Shown here: positions 38,560 to 50,188 of the stretch, piece after piece
Layout of the letters: each line of letters starts with the position of its first letter
Numbering within the stretch: position 1 is the stretch's first letter
Source of the DNA: Cetorhinus maximus
Lineage: Eukaryota
Assembly: GCF_964194155.1 (NCBI RefSeq)
Contig: NC_135900.1
Coordinates: 18,972,001-19,036,000 of the forward strand
DNA: 64,000 nucleotides
Direction of reading: 5' to 3'
Notes under the pieces: model-generated
The model's input: only the letters and a program-made list of their open reading frames with translations
What the model was told of the DNA's origin: nothing
The model's database searches: none
Program-made: the position numbers and the translations under genes

Positions 38560-39402
38560 TTAACCGCAATCGTTGCTGCGCTCATTCTTCTCCGGCGTTT
38601 CCATGCCCGTCTCTTCCCCGGCTTGCTCCGCCGCTCTCTCCGGCGGGGCTTTGCCCTCGGCCTCGGGGCGATAGTCGGCCCACCTGCCCACCCTCCTGAC
38701 CTCCCCGGCCACCCTGGGGGCATTCCTGCACGGGTTGCGGTCGTATATCACCAGCTTCAGGTTCCGCATGTGGGCCAGGCTGGGGAAGGAGCGGATCTTG
38801 TTGCGGTCCACGTCGATCACCTCCAGGCTGCTCATCTCCAGCAGCACCTGGGGGAAGTCGCCGAGCAGGTTGTCCGAGATCCAGATGCTCTGCAGGTCCC
38901 GCAGCTGCCCCAGCTCCCGGGGTAGGCTGGCCAGCTGGTTGCAGCCGGCGTGGAGGACCCGCAGCTGCCTCAGCCGGGAGACGACGGCGGGCACCTGCTC
39001 GAAGCAGTTGCTCTCGATCCACAGCGCCTTCAGCCCGGCCAGCGAGCTGAGCTCGGCCGGCAGGTCGCACAGGGCGTTGTTGCCCAGGTAGAGGTTGGAG
39101 AGCTGGCGGAGGCGGCACACCGCCGGGGGGAGCTCCCTGAAGCGGTTGAAATCCAGGGCTAGGATCTGCAGAGCGCCCAGCAGGTGAAACTCGGCGGGGA
39201 GGCTGCTCAGGCTGTTGTCGCTCAGGTACAGTTTGACAAGTTCGGTGAACGCGCAGACCTGGAGGGGAAACCTCCTCAGGTGTCTCCCACTCAAATCCAT
39301 CGTTTTGTCCGGGGGCATCTCCTCCGCCTCGCCTCCCAGCAGGAACTTCTGGCACGGTTTGGACGGGAAAAGGGCAACGACAGACAGGACAGCGTTCCCC
39401 AT
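38560..39402 (-). CDS. LRRC10: Leucine-rich repeat-containing protein 10 (cardiac), single exon, 280 aa
   Basis: MGNAVLSVVALFPS...MDLSGRHLRRFPLQVC.F.ELVKLYLSDN...LQILALDFN...LKLVIYDRNPCRNAPRVAGEVRRVGRWA matches vertebrate LRRC10. It is convergent with CCT2, as in human. Confidence 0.97.
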   Translation of the reverse strand: MGNAVLSVVALFPSKPCQKFLLGGEAEEMPPDKTMDLSGRHLRRFPLQVCAFTELVKLYLSDNSLSSLPAEFHLLGALQILALDFNRFRELPPAVCRLRQLSNLYLGNNALCDLPAELSSLAGLKALWIESNCFEQVPAVVSRLRQLRVLHAGCNQLASLPRELGQLRDLQSIWISDNLLGDFPQVLLEMSSLEVIDVDRNKIRSFPSLAHMRNLKLVIYDRNPCRNAPRVAGEVRRVGRWADYRPEAEGKAPPERAAEQAGEETGMETPEKNERSNDCG

Positions 39403-39569
39403 TCCAAACGTCCACTACATCTTTCAGTCGGTCCAAGTCGTACCGCTGCTCCTGGGGTACCAAATGCTCTCTGAGCTTTTGAAAGTCCCCCCCCTCCACC
39501 CCCCTTCAATGTTTTTTTTTAAAAAGGGATTGCGGACAGGTTTCCGCAGCTTGGAAGGGGTTTTTTTTT

Positions 39570-39860
39570 GTTGCTGATAACCGAGGGAGTGCTGGCTGAA
39601 AAGCGAGTTGAACGTGACCTTAGAGCGAGGACCATATAAGTTAAGTTGCACTGTTAAGAATCCAGCACACACATTCCTTATCTACAGTCCCTAAGTGATG
39701 CTCGTCAGCGACAGTTGCCAAACCCGAAAGCAGTGGGTCACACACTCCGTTGAAATGTATGTGGCCGGCTCTGTCTCACACACACATGACTTCATTTCCA
39801 TAGCTCAGGCAACGCTGAATGCAAGGCAGACCCCAAAACGATTGTCCTTATAAATTGCTT
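39570..39860 (-). promoter_or_regulatory. LRRC10: Candidate LRRC10 proximal cardiac promoter
   Basis: GATA sites TGATAA (39575) and TTATCT (39678); CArG/TATA-like CCATATAAGT (39632-39641); MCAT CATTCCT (39672); NKE-like TAAGTG (39692). Confidence 0.5.
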
Positions 39861-39906
39861 GCTTAATTCTCGTTAATTAAAAAAAAATGCTGCAGTGTCA
39901 ACAGAG

Positions 39907-40247
39907 TTATATACGAACAAGGAGCAGGAGAAGGCCATTCAGCCCTTCCAGCCTGCTCCACCATTTAACAAGATCATGGCAGTAACCTGAATTATGCATC
40001 CTGCCTAACCCCCATAACCTATCACCCCCTTTGCTTATCAAGAATCTATCCACCTCTGCCTTAAAAATATTCAAAGGCTCTGCTTCCACCGCCTTTTCAG
40101 GAAGAGAGTTCCAAAGATTCTCAACCCTCTGAGTGAAAAAAAATTCACCTCATCTCTGTTTTAAACGGGTGACCCCTTATTTTTAAAAAAGTGACCCCTG
40201 GTTCTCGATTCTCCCGCAAGAGGAAACACCCTCTCCACATCCACCCT
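39907..40247 (-). mobile_element. CR1-clade LINE 3' end
   Basis: EAEPLNIFKAEVDRFLISKG followed by the 3' UTR. Confidence 0.85.
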
Positions 40248-40740
40248 ATATAATTTTTTAAAAATCAACGAAACTGTTTACTTTTTCTGCCTAATGCACC
40301 TTTGATTGGGTGTTTAGGAATGCTGACAAACACAAAGGTAGAGGAGGGACACACGCTGGCTCTGCTTCTTGTTATCTTTTCAGAATACCATCCCATGATA
40401 CTGTGTATTTTTTGGCTGCTCTCCAGGTACTTATTATCTAAAGCTCACCTCCACCCTAACCCCCACCCCACTCTCCGCCCTCATTCATTTCTATTTTGGT
40501 TGGGTTCTGTGAGATATAAATTGATTCTACCAAATCCTCGGTAAAGAGAAGAAATTTGAGATCTAGCTGTTACGCAAATGTAGATTATAATGTGAAAACA
40601 CAACTGTACGCTGCAAAATCTGGTCTTATTTCGGTCTTTTACATTACATCATAATACTGCTGATGTATATGGTTAACTTATAGACTAACTTATTGTCATT
40701 TGGTAGTACAGAACTTGAGTATTTCTGAAAAAAGAGACAC

Positions 40741-40778
40741 GCTATTGAAGCTTTTCGTCTTGCACTCACCAGGACAGC
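40741..40778 (-). ncRNA. Minimal type I hammerhead ribozyme-like motif (core mutated to CUGGUGA)
   Basis: Minus strand reads GCTGTC-CTGGTGA-G-TGCAAGA-C-GAAA-AGCTTC-AATAGC. Confidence 0.5.
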
Positions 40779-40893
40779 TACACAAGATAAAACATCAGTA
40801 AAGGAAACAAGTTAACGGTTAGCTGTTATCTGCTGCATTCTCCATGGCAATGCCTCTACCAATCAGAGTCCACTTGCCAACCAATCAGCTCTC

Positions 40894-43800
40894 CATAAGA
40901 CGTAGGAGCAGAAATAGGCCAGTCTGCTCTGCCATTCAATGAGATCATGGCTGATCTGATAATCCTCAACTCCACTTTACTGCCTTTTCCCCATAACCCT
41001 TGATTCCCTTACTGTTTAAAAATCTGTCTATCTCAACCTTAAATATATTTAACGACTCAGCCTTTACAGCCTTCTGCAGTAAAGAATTCCACAGATTCAC
41101 TATCCTCTGAGAGAGGAAATTCCTCCTCATTTCTGTTTTAATTGGGCGCCCCTTTACTCTGAGATTATGCCCTCTGGTCCTAGACTCTCCTACAAGGGGA
41201 AACAACTCTCAGCATCTACCCTGTCAAGCCCCCTAAGAATCTTATATGTTTCAATAAGGCCACCTCTCATTCTTCTAAATTCCAATGAGTACAGGCACAA
41301 CCTACTCAACTTCTCCTCATAAGAAAATCCCTCCATACCAGGGATCAACCTAGTGAACCTTCTCTGGACTGCCTCCAATGCCAGTATATCTTTCCTTAGA
41401 TAAGTGGAACAAAATTGTTCACCATATACTAGGATCCAACTAGTACCTTGTATAGTTTTAGCAAGACTTCCCTATTTATAAATTCCATTCCCTTTGAAAT
41501 AAAGACCAACATTCCATTTGCCTTCCCTATTACCTGTTGAACTTGTATGTTAGTTTTTTGGGATTCATGCACAAGGACTCCCAAATCCCTCTGTGCTGCA
41601 GCCTTCTGCAGTCTTTCTCCATTTAAATAATATCCAGCTCTTCTATTCTTCCTGCCAAAGTGCATAACCTCAAGATTTTCCCACATTATATTCCATCTGC
41701 CAAGTTTTTGCCCACTCACTTAACCTGTCGATATCCCTCTGTTGATTCTTTGTGTCATCCTCATTACTTGCCTTCCCACCTATTTTTGTGTCATCCACAA
41801 ACTTGGCGATAGTACATTCACTCATCTAAGTCATTAATATATATTGTAAATAATTGAGACACCTGTGGCACTCCACTAGTTACAGGTTGCGATCCCGAAA
41901 ATTCCCCCCTTATCCCAAGTCTTTGTCTTCTATTAGTTAGCCAATCCTCTATCCATGCTAATATACTACCCCCAACACCATTGGCTCTTATCTTATTAAG
42001 TAGCCTTATGTGTGGTACCTTATCAAACGCCGTTTGGAAATCCAAATATATTACGTCTACTGGTACCCCTTTATCTATCCTGCTTTTTACCTCCTCAAAG
42101 AATTCTAATAAATTTGTTAGGCATGATTTCTCCTTCATGAAGCCATGCTGACTCTGCTTGATTAGATTATGTATTTCTAAATGCTCTGCTATTACATCCT
42201 TTATAATAGACCCCAACATTTTTTCAATGACAGATATTAAGCTGACTGGCCTATAGTTACCTGTTTTTTTGCCTCCCTCCCTTTTTGAATAAGGGTGTTA
42301 CATTGGCCATTCTCCAATCCTCTGGGACTTTTCCAGAATCTAAGGATTCTTGGAAGATTACTACCAGTGCATCCACCATCTCTGTAGATACTTCCTTTAA
42401 TATCCTAGGATGCAACCCATCAGGTCCAGGGGTCTTATTGGCCTTTAGCCCCATTAGTTTCCCTAGTACTTTTTCTCTAATGTTAGTTATTGTATTTATT
42501 TCCCCCATCCCCCAACCCCACTTTTGTCCCTTGATTATTTAGTATTTTTGGAATGCTATTAGTATTTTCTACCACGAAGACTGAAGCAAAGTATTTATTC
42601 AACTCTCCTGCCATTTCCTGGTTCCCCATTATTATTTCCCCAGCTTCATTCTTTAAGGGGCCTATGTTCACTTTGGCCTCTCTCTTCCTTTTTATACATT
42701 TAAAGAAGCTCTTACTGTCTGTTTTTATATTACATGCTAGTTTACCCTCAAAGTTTATTTTCTCCCTTTTTTTTGGTCATCTTTTGTTCCAAATACTATG
42801 TGCATTTAAGTAAAGAGCCAATACTTTTGCCTTTTTACAGTTTTTCCCCATTTTGACCCTATTTGCTGCTTTTTTTTAATGTTTGTATGCTCTGTCCCTT
42901 CCTGTCACACTCTGGGTATCATTACCTAAATAGCTACCCTGCAAGACTGCCATGTCCTTTTGCTTTGTAAGCCTACATATCCCCTTTCCAGATCCCTCCC
43001 CCCCCTCTATTTAGTTTAAAGCCCCCTCTACAGTCCTAGTTATTCTGTTCACCAGGACACTGGTCCCAGCATGTTTCAAGTGAAGCCCGTCCCACTGGAA
43101 CAGCTCCCTTCTATCCCAGTACTGGTGCCAGTGCCGCATGAACTGAAACCCATTCCTCCCACACCAATCTTTGAGCCATAGACTCATAGACTTAACTCCT
43201 TGACTTTATTTACCCTATGCCAGTTTGCCCGTGGCTCAGGTAGCAATCCCGAGATTATTACCTTGGAGGTTCTGCTTTTTAACTTAGCTCCTAACTGTTC
43301 AAATTCTCTCAGCAGAACCTCCTTTCTAGTCCTATCAATGTCGTTGGTACCAACATGGACAATGACAACTGGATCCCTCCCCTCCCACTCCAAGTTCCTC
43401 TCCAGCCCTGAGGCCCTGAGGAGATGCCCTTAACCCTGGCACTGGGCAGGCAACACAGCCGTCGGGGCTCACGCTCATGGCTGCAGAGAACAGTATCTAT
43501 CCCCCTAATTATACTGTCCTCTACCACTACTATGCTCCTATTTCCTCCCCTACTGGAATGGCTCCCTGCTGTGGTCAGTTCGCTCATCCTTTCTGCAGTC
43601 CCCGCTCTATCCACACAGCTTGCAAGAACCTTGTAACTGTTGGACAGTTGCAGGGGCCGTGGCTCCTCGAACGCTACCCTCTGGGTCCCCAAACATACTT
43701 CACCTGCAGTCACACCCTCCTCTCCCTGATCACAGACCAAATTTGAATGACCTAATCTGAGGGGTGTGACCATCTCTTGGAGCAAAGTATCCAGGTAACT

Positions 43801-44280
43801 CTCCCCCTCCCTGATGTGGCACAATGTCTGAAGCTCAGACTCCAGCCCCTTAGCTCGGATCCAAAATTCCTTGAGCTGCATACACTTGGTACAGATGTGT
43901 TTGTTCTAGGTCACCTTGGTGTCCGGCAGCTCCCACATTACTTGTCCTGCCATCGCTATCGTATTTTATTCAGTTTATTAATTACTCCACTCTTTACACT
44001 TTATTATAATTCTTTTTTATACACACCAGTATCAATTTTATACTTAGCAAGCTATAGTTAAGAAAAAGAGAAAAAAAGACTAGACATCTAAACACAAACT
44101 AAAGACCTTACTTTACTTTAAAGACTAGAAACACTCACCAATCCTACTCACCAATCAGCTGCTGTCCGCGCACTTTTCCCTCTCAGGCACTTTAATGGTC
44201 TCACACGCTTCTCTCACTCTCTCACTTTTAAAGTCCCAGTTCCCCTCACACTCTTTCACTTTAAATGACCACGCTGTCTC
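40894..44280 (-). mobile_element. CR1-clade LINE with both ends, internally deleted (ORF1 SGNH esterase, ORF2 RT; endonuclease not seen)
   Basis: VVVEDSIIRG and VHVGTNDI (ORF1); TPGPDGLHPRILKE, QHGFMKEKSCLTNL and IYLDFQTAFDKVPH (ORF2); multiple frameshifts. Confidence 0.93.
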
Positions 44281-44332
44281 TTCTCATGCAGTATAAACTG
44301 TTGTTCCCTTTACTGTTGGTTTATCTTACATA

Positions 44333-44370
44333 GCTTTTCTGATGAGTGCAAGATGAAAAGCTTCAATAGC
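44333..44370 (+). ncRNA. Minimal type I hammerhead ribozyme-like motif with intact core
   Basis: GCTTTT-CTGATGA-G-TGCAAGA-T-GAAA-AGCTTC-AATAGC. Cores CUGAUGA (44339-44345) and GAAA (44355-44358), palindromic stem III AAGCTT, predicted UUC cleavage after 44364, stem I 5 of 6 pairs. Confidence 0.6.
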
Positions 44371-44899
44371 ATGTCTCTTTTTTCAGCAATACCCAGTATA
44401 ACTTAGTGAAGTTATCACTGAGAATAGTCCAACCAAAAATTAATCACACAGGTCCTAAGTTTCTGTTGCGTTACGTCCTAATTTTCTATTTCATAAAACC
44501 AAGTTTTTATCACCACATGTAGCTAATCAGAGGAGGGAGGGTAAGTGGCTAACCCTCCAACATGCTATCATAGATGTTTGCACCTACCAACCTGCACATG
44601 TTGTGTTTCTAATCTCTGTGCTGTTGTGAGGATGCACCAAGTAGTGGGAGAAAATTTGAGAATACATTATCCCTAGGTCAGTGCCACACAACTCCTGGAG
44701 GCTATGATTCAGCAGCATTGTTGGAGGCTTAATAGTCATGAACCAGCCTATTCTTTCGGCTGTGGATATTGTGTAGTGCTTCTTCGGTGAGAAGGACTCA
44801 CATCTCATTAGCGAGGCAATAACAATGCAATAATCTATGGCAATCACCTGAGGTATTCAATTGTTGGAGATGGGCCATTAAGATTAATTGCTTGGACTA

Positions 44900-45652
44900 T
44901 GGGATCTCAGCTGAGTTAGTTTCCAGACATGAGCTAATCAAGCCAATTTTTGAATACACGGACGAAGTCTTTTATTGAATCCCCCAGCAGTTGGAGAAGG
45001 AAGGTCACATGACAACCCAACCCTTTGTATGTTTTAAATACATGTTTTTCCAGCAGAACTGAGGATAAGCTGCTTAGGGAGAAGGCCTAAATGGGGTCCC
45101 TCCTGCCTCCTATTTCCTGCAACCCACCTGGTAAGTTTTGAGCCCTGTTTTCTGACCATGATCACCTGCTGCAGACAAAGATTTCTTCAAAGAATTCAAT
45201 CCAGCACTACTGTCTCCAGAAGAACAACCAACTCAGTCATCTACATCTTTAAATTGGAAGCATTGAGACCATTGAATTCAACCTGAAGTCAGCTGAGTCA
45301 CCAAACTACAGACTGCATACTCTTACTTTTTTTATGGACTCTTAATTTGGCCAATTTATCCTTCCTCACTCTGTAATCTGTATGTGTGTGTGGGGGAACT
45401 TGGAGTGTGCATATGTGTGTGTGAAAGTTGGTGCGCATTTTATAATTTTATGTCAATCAGTTTAAGTACATCTTTATTTGTTAAACTCAATAAAACTTGT
45501 CTATTTGTTCTTTTATGATCACAGCACTTAAAACAATTAAGTACTCAGTGAATTGGCAAGTATATTGTTTTCAAACAAAATAATCTGTTGCAGTCAAACG
45601 AAGAGAGGGCAAAGAGGGGAGCCATTAGACTCCTCCTCACCTGGTCATAATA
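44900..45652 (+). mobile_element. LTR fragment (Gypsy-type)
   Basis: GT-rich tract, AATAAA and the end ...CCTCCTCACCTGGTCATAA, the reverse of the TGTTATGA-type terminus. Confidence 0.55.
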
Positions 45653-46104
45653 ATATAAACTCCCAATGGTAATTAGCTCATCCTGGGAGCTGGGCCAGCT
45701 TTGATGCAGACAATCATAGAAACTTGAGTTACACTGTATGTAGTTTGTGATTTTAGTTGAATTGCACCAAAAACAATCAACACAACCAAGTAGAGACATC
45801 AGGCAGGTATTTTTTGGAGTCACCTTTGAGAATATTGACATCAGGTACCTTTGATAGGAGGTAACAACGGGGTATATATTAGAATATAGAGAGAGCTATG
45901 TTTATCCAAGGGATGTTTTGTTACCACTCAAGTGGGAGCAGTGAATTGCTGTATCTGTCTTCCCTCTATTAGCTCCCCTTTACTTTCTATCCATTTCCTC
46001 CTTCCCCTGGAATTCCAGTTACTCCAAAATTCCCAGCCCACAATAGGTTCTAACATAAACTACGTTCATTGGAATAATGTCATCATTATTGACACCATTG
46101 TTGC

Positions 46105-46783
46105 CCTTCAGAGGGAAATTTTAAACAACTGTCATAACCTAAAATTTCAATTGGTATGTTTTGAGTTGCAGCTCTAATTCAGGAATAAGACCACTAGTTC
46201 TCGAAATGAAACATTTATTAATTTACAGCAAATTAAACAGACATGCATGGCTACAAATTACTACTATCATAACTTTTAACAAATTCCCAAATTAATCTCC
46301 ACTAAGGCAACAATAACCAATAGACTTAAACAGACACCAGGCAAAGCATTTTCACCTTACAAATTCAAAATGAGGTTCCTTTCAATTTCTTCCTTCGCAG
46401 ACACAGTGGTCGGCTTACAAGCTTAGACCTTACATGCATCTGACCTGCACACACAAACTCCTTTCTGTTAAACCCAGTTTTTCTCTTCAATGTAAATCCT
46501 CACCAGGCCCTTTGAACCCCTTTCATAGTACCAATTTTATTAGTAGTATAAACATTGCTTGGTGTCTCCTAGCTAGGTGCAAGATTTCACTCCCACTCTT
46601 GAATGCTCTATTCAACAAAATGCAAATGTACCCTCTACCTTACTGTTTACATCTCAAAACTGCTATACATCAAAGCACCCAGACTAGCTGGCTTTAATCC
46701 AATTAACACAGACACAGACTAAACCTCCATTTAAAAAAAATAATTTCCAGTAACATTATAAATATTTATATCTCTTCATGACA
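46105..46783 (-). mobile_element. Truncated solo LTR, same family as 7444-8209
   Basis: Long shared stretches, e.g. TTTAAACAACTGTCATAACCT...TTGGTATGTTTTGAGTTGCAGCTCT and ...TCTCTTCATGACA. Confidence 0.85.
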
Positions 46784-46799
46784 AGTGCCCTGAAGCATT

Positions 46800-47135
46800 G
46801 TCAATGTTGATGTGTGGGCAAATATAGCAGCTGGTTTGTGTATAGCAAAGTCTCACAAGCAGTAATGAGTTAAATGAAAGAATAACCTGTTTAGTTGTGT
46901 TGGTGGAGGACTAAATATTGGCCATTGCATTCCATCCCCCAAGTGCCCCCCTCCACCACCCTAGCTTTATATTCACCTGAGAGAGCAGAACAGGCCTATG
47001 TTTGATATCTCATCCAAAGGACACTGCAGCACTCACTCGTAACTTTACTGAAGTGTCATCTTAGATTATGTACTCAAGTCCCTGAAGTGGGGCTTGAATC
47101 AATGAGTGAAGAATGCTACCACCGAGAATAGGTTG
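46800..47135 (-). mobile_element. tRNA-derived SINE (DeuSINE/SacSINE1-like)
   Basis: Minus-strand head CGGTGGTAGCATTCTTCACTC...TTCAAGCCCCACTTCAGGGACTTGAGTACATAATCT...TTTGGATGAGAT. Confidence 0.65.
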
Positions 47136-47403
47136 ACACCTGTAAAAGTAAAACAAAAGATAAAAAAGGACCCCGGTAGTGTTGTAACTGTAGCATTAAG
47201 TAACTCTTAAAACAGTGTCCAGAATGAAATGTTCAAATGCGTACAAAATCACCGCACAGCATGTTATACAATCCTCTGGTGATGCTGGCACTATAAGGGT
47301 TAATTTTCCTGTAGATTGTTTACATTCCCAGTTTGTATTGTCAGTGCCTTGTGGAATTTAGCAAACATAACATGTTGTATCAAAATGTTCTATCAGCAGT
47401 AGC

Positions 47404-47418
47404 AGGTCAAGATGTCCC
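47404..47418. promoter_or_regulatory. Near-consensus oestrogen response element AGGTCAagaTGTCCC
   Basis: One mismatch to GGTCAnnnTGACC, about 2 kb upstream of the protease ATG, in non-repeat sequence. Confidence 0.4.
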
Positions 47419-49279
47419 TTCAGTGCTGAACCAACAAGAGTTTACATGTGAAGGTTACAGATCAATACTATTGATGCAGAACCAGTCCTTCAAAGGCCTT
47501 CCTCAACACAAATTTTAAAATATCTATAACATTCATTTTCACAGGAAGGGGATAAATAAGCTGCAAGATATTTTGCTGATTTTAACTACCTGTTGACATT
47601 TTCCCAGTTGTCATTTTATTCTATTGTTGGATTTACATAGGGTTCAATAGATATGCAGCTTTTTCATGAGTTGTTTGAGCCGTGAAATTTCTTCAAAATC
47701 CAGATTATATTGACATGATTTTTTTAAAAATTGACACCAAGGACGTGCCAGGTCTGAGACCCTGGACTTAGGAATCTCGATCTTGCTCTAATGACACAGT
47801 TGGAAGAGCATTTAGTTCATGCGGGTTGCATTTTGTGGCATAGAAAACTGGCCGTGGTTCAAATCTCATATCTGAAGAGCTAACTTTATCCCCCTTACTC
47901 AACTCATCACGTAAAATGAGCATATGGTTAATGCAGTGGCCTGCCTAAATCTAGTATTAAGATTCTGGGTTTTTTTTTAACCAAAGCATTGAATCTTGGT
48001 TGTAGATTTAGCTTCAGTGGCTATGGAGGTGCCATTTATGCATAAGAACATTTTCTTTCCCGGAAGATTTCCCCCCAAAATCTTGCTTGCTGCCACTGTC
48101 GAAGTTGCAGCAATTGAAGTACTTAAGATGGAAATTTCTTTGAGGGGATCTCACATAACTGGCATGAGGAAGATAAGTTTGTGATAGGACACCAAATACA
48201 GGTACAACAACACCTGATGTATTATTTATATCTATCAGTGTCCCAGGCCATGCATTTATAGACACTTCTATCTGGGCATGTCAGATGAGTTATGTCTTTG
48301 CTGTTTCAACTTCTGTCTCTCACTAGAGAGTTGCTGCTCATCGTGCCACCAATCCAGGTTGACCTGCAGGTAACTTCTACTATAAGAACAGCTCTTCACA
48401 TAACTATGGTCACCATAGTGTTAAGATTTAATTCTACTAGATACTTCCATGCCACTAAAGTGGACATCTGCTAAATTGGCCAGTCAGTTGCCTGTAGATG
48501 GGTCCATATTTGGGTAATACTTTCATCACATTCCTTGTGGAAAGGCAGCATCATCTGGACAGAACTTTCTCCATTGGGGAAGGTTGCCAAGAGTCTACTG
48601 CTCAGGTGTATCAGGTATCAGGCACTCCTCACAACAACCATATTGTTTACATGAGCAGAAAGTGATTCTATGCAGTTAGCATTAAAGTGGTGTGTGACTT
48701 TAGAAACACTGTGATGTAAGTAAATGCGAGAAGTATCTATGTTAGACCTGTACTTGCCAGTACTTCAGCTTAACTCAGAATCCCCTTTCCAGGTACAACC
48801 TTTCTCTGAAAGAACAGCAACTACTGTTCATTGCTGGCTGTTTAACTGAAATTCCTAACATGTGTTCAAATTGGAGAAATGGATTATTGACAAAAAGACA
48901 TGCTCTTGCCACTATTTAAAGGCTGCGGAAACAAAAAAAAAGATTTCAGCTCAAAGTAGGTCAACTGCATCGAAACATCTACAAATGTGGCTGCTGCTTC
49001 AAGAAATTAGTTAAAAGTATTTGTCGTATTAGGCACTTCAAGGTACCAGTGGACTGGTGCAGGATACTGGGAAGGTGATCACACAAAGTGTCAGTGATGT
49101 CTTCTGGGCAACGCCATGGAAGAAAATGCACAAAAATGTGTCAACTGAAAAAAAAAAATGCCATGATTAGACTCACCCCAAAATTATTTAGGTACGGACT
49201 GTAATTTGGTTATTATTTTGGTAATCTAAAGTACTGTAGCTATTTTGAGGCCTTGAAAACTTCAAATCACAAAATTATT

Positions 49280-49348
49280 ATTGCATAATGTAAACTGTAG
49301 ACTTCTTGCTGCCAAACAGTGACGATGCCTTTTGTTTACCTTGTTTAC
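49280..49348 (+). promoter_or_regulatory. Hepatic-type motif cluster: C/EBP-like ATTGCATAAT and two FoxA TGTTTAC
   Basis: Motifs at 49280-49289, 49333-49339 and 49342-49348, 110-180 nt upstream of the ATG. Confidence 0.4.
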
Positions 49349-49456
49349 CACGGGGTCTTGATGAAGTAAATTCAATAAATTCGCTGAACTACTTCAGTGT
49401 TACTGGCGCAATTTGAAGTGATCAGCTCCAGTTATATCTGTCCAGTCAAAGCAGAA

Positions 49457-49512
49457 ATGAAATGGCTAGTAATAGTTTTAGTTTCAATTTACCTTACAGA
49501 ATCTGTCATCAG
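49457..49512 (+). CDS. nots: Nothepsin-like aspartic protease, coding exon 1 (signal peptide)
   Basis: GAA-ATG, MKWLVIVLVSIYLTESVI-AG|GTGAGT. Pepsinogen-type signal peptide; the phase-2 end matches exon 2. Confidence 0.85.
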
Positions 49513-50188
49513 GTGAGTGGTTTCTGAATTCTTTAAGGTTACTGAAGCGAATGCAGTGTCTTATGACAAATACATATCTTGAACTATTCAATTGTTGGAA
49601 GTAAACTTGCAAATGGAACTTTCCAGAAGCATGGGTGAAATCTGATTTTTAAAGTATTGTATGAACTAATGAGCTTGCAGTTGATATTCTTGTCTTGTTT
49701 CCATTTAAGTTAATAATGCATTTAAGTAATAAAACAATATTGTTGCTAATTGTACTTGTCAATTGAACATAGTTACATAAAATGTGGCATGCATTTTGTC
49801 CTTTCACCTGGCATATCTTTGCCAAAGCTTCTGTCCTTAAATCTGGGCACAATTGATGTAGCGCTATAGTGAATGTTTATCAGCTGGTATAACAGAGGTG
49901 CAATTTTTATTCCAATGTAACCAAATAAACTGAATATGACACTGTCAACCTATTTTTGATTGTTGGGTACCAAACTCAAACTGGTGCTTTGGTTGCCTTT
50001 TGATCAGCATGAAAAAAAGTGAAAGAAAAACTTAAAATCTATTTTTCTTTTGTGCCTGCTGTTATTTTCAGTTGCGTAACAAGAATTTAAACCTGCCTGT
50101 GAATATGGAGCACTGCGCATTCGTATGTAAAACTTTTGTTTGGAAATTTCCTCCACGAGCATTGGTTTAAAGAATGAGAAATATCTAT

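Larger units (their letters stand above)
40695..44396. mobile_element. Palindromic Penelope-derived non-autonomous element (40695-40893 plus 44281-44396) split by a CR1
   Basis: Arms 40717-40810 and 44301-44392 are reverse complements. The halves rejoin as CCAATCAGCTCTC|TTCTCATGCAGTATAAA. Confidence 0.75.

Noticed and set aside
38582-39499. 305-aa overlapping ORF and several antisense ORFs across LRRC10
   Set aside because: GTG start and P/G/A/R-rich composition; an expected by-product of extreme GC3 bias.
47996-48474. Short ORFs where BEST3 might be expected from human synteny
   Set aside because: No bestrophin motifs and the frames are interrupted by stops; BEST3 probably lies beyond the window.
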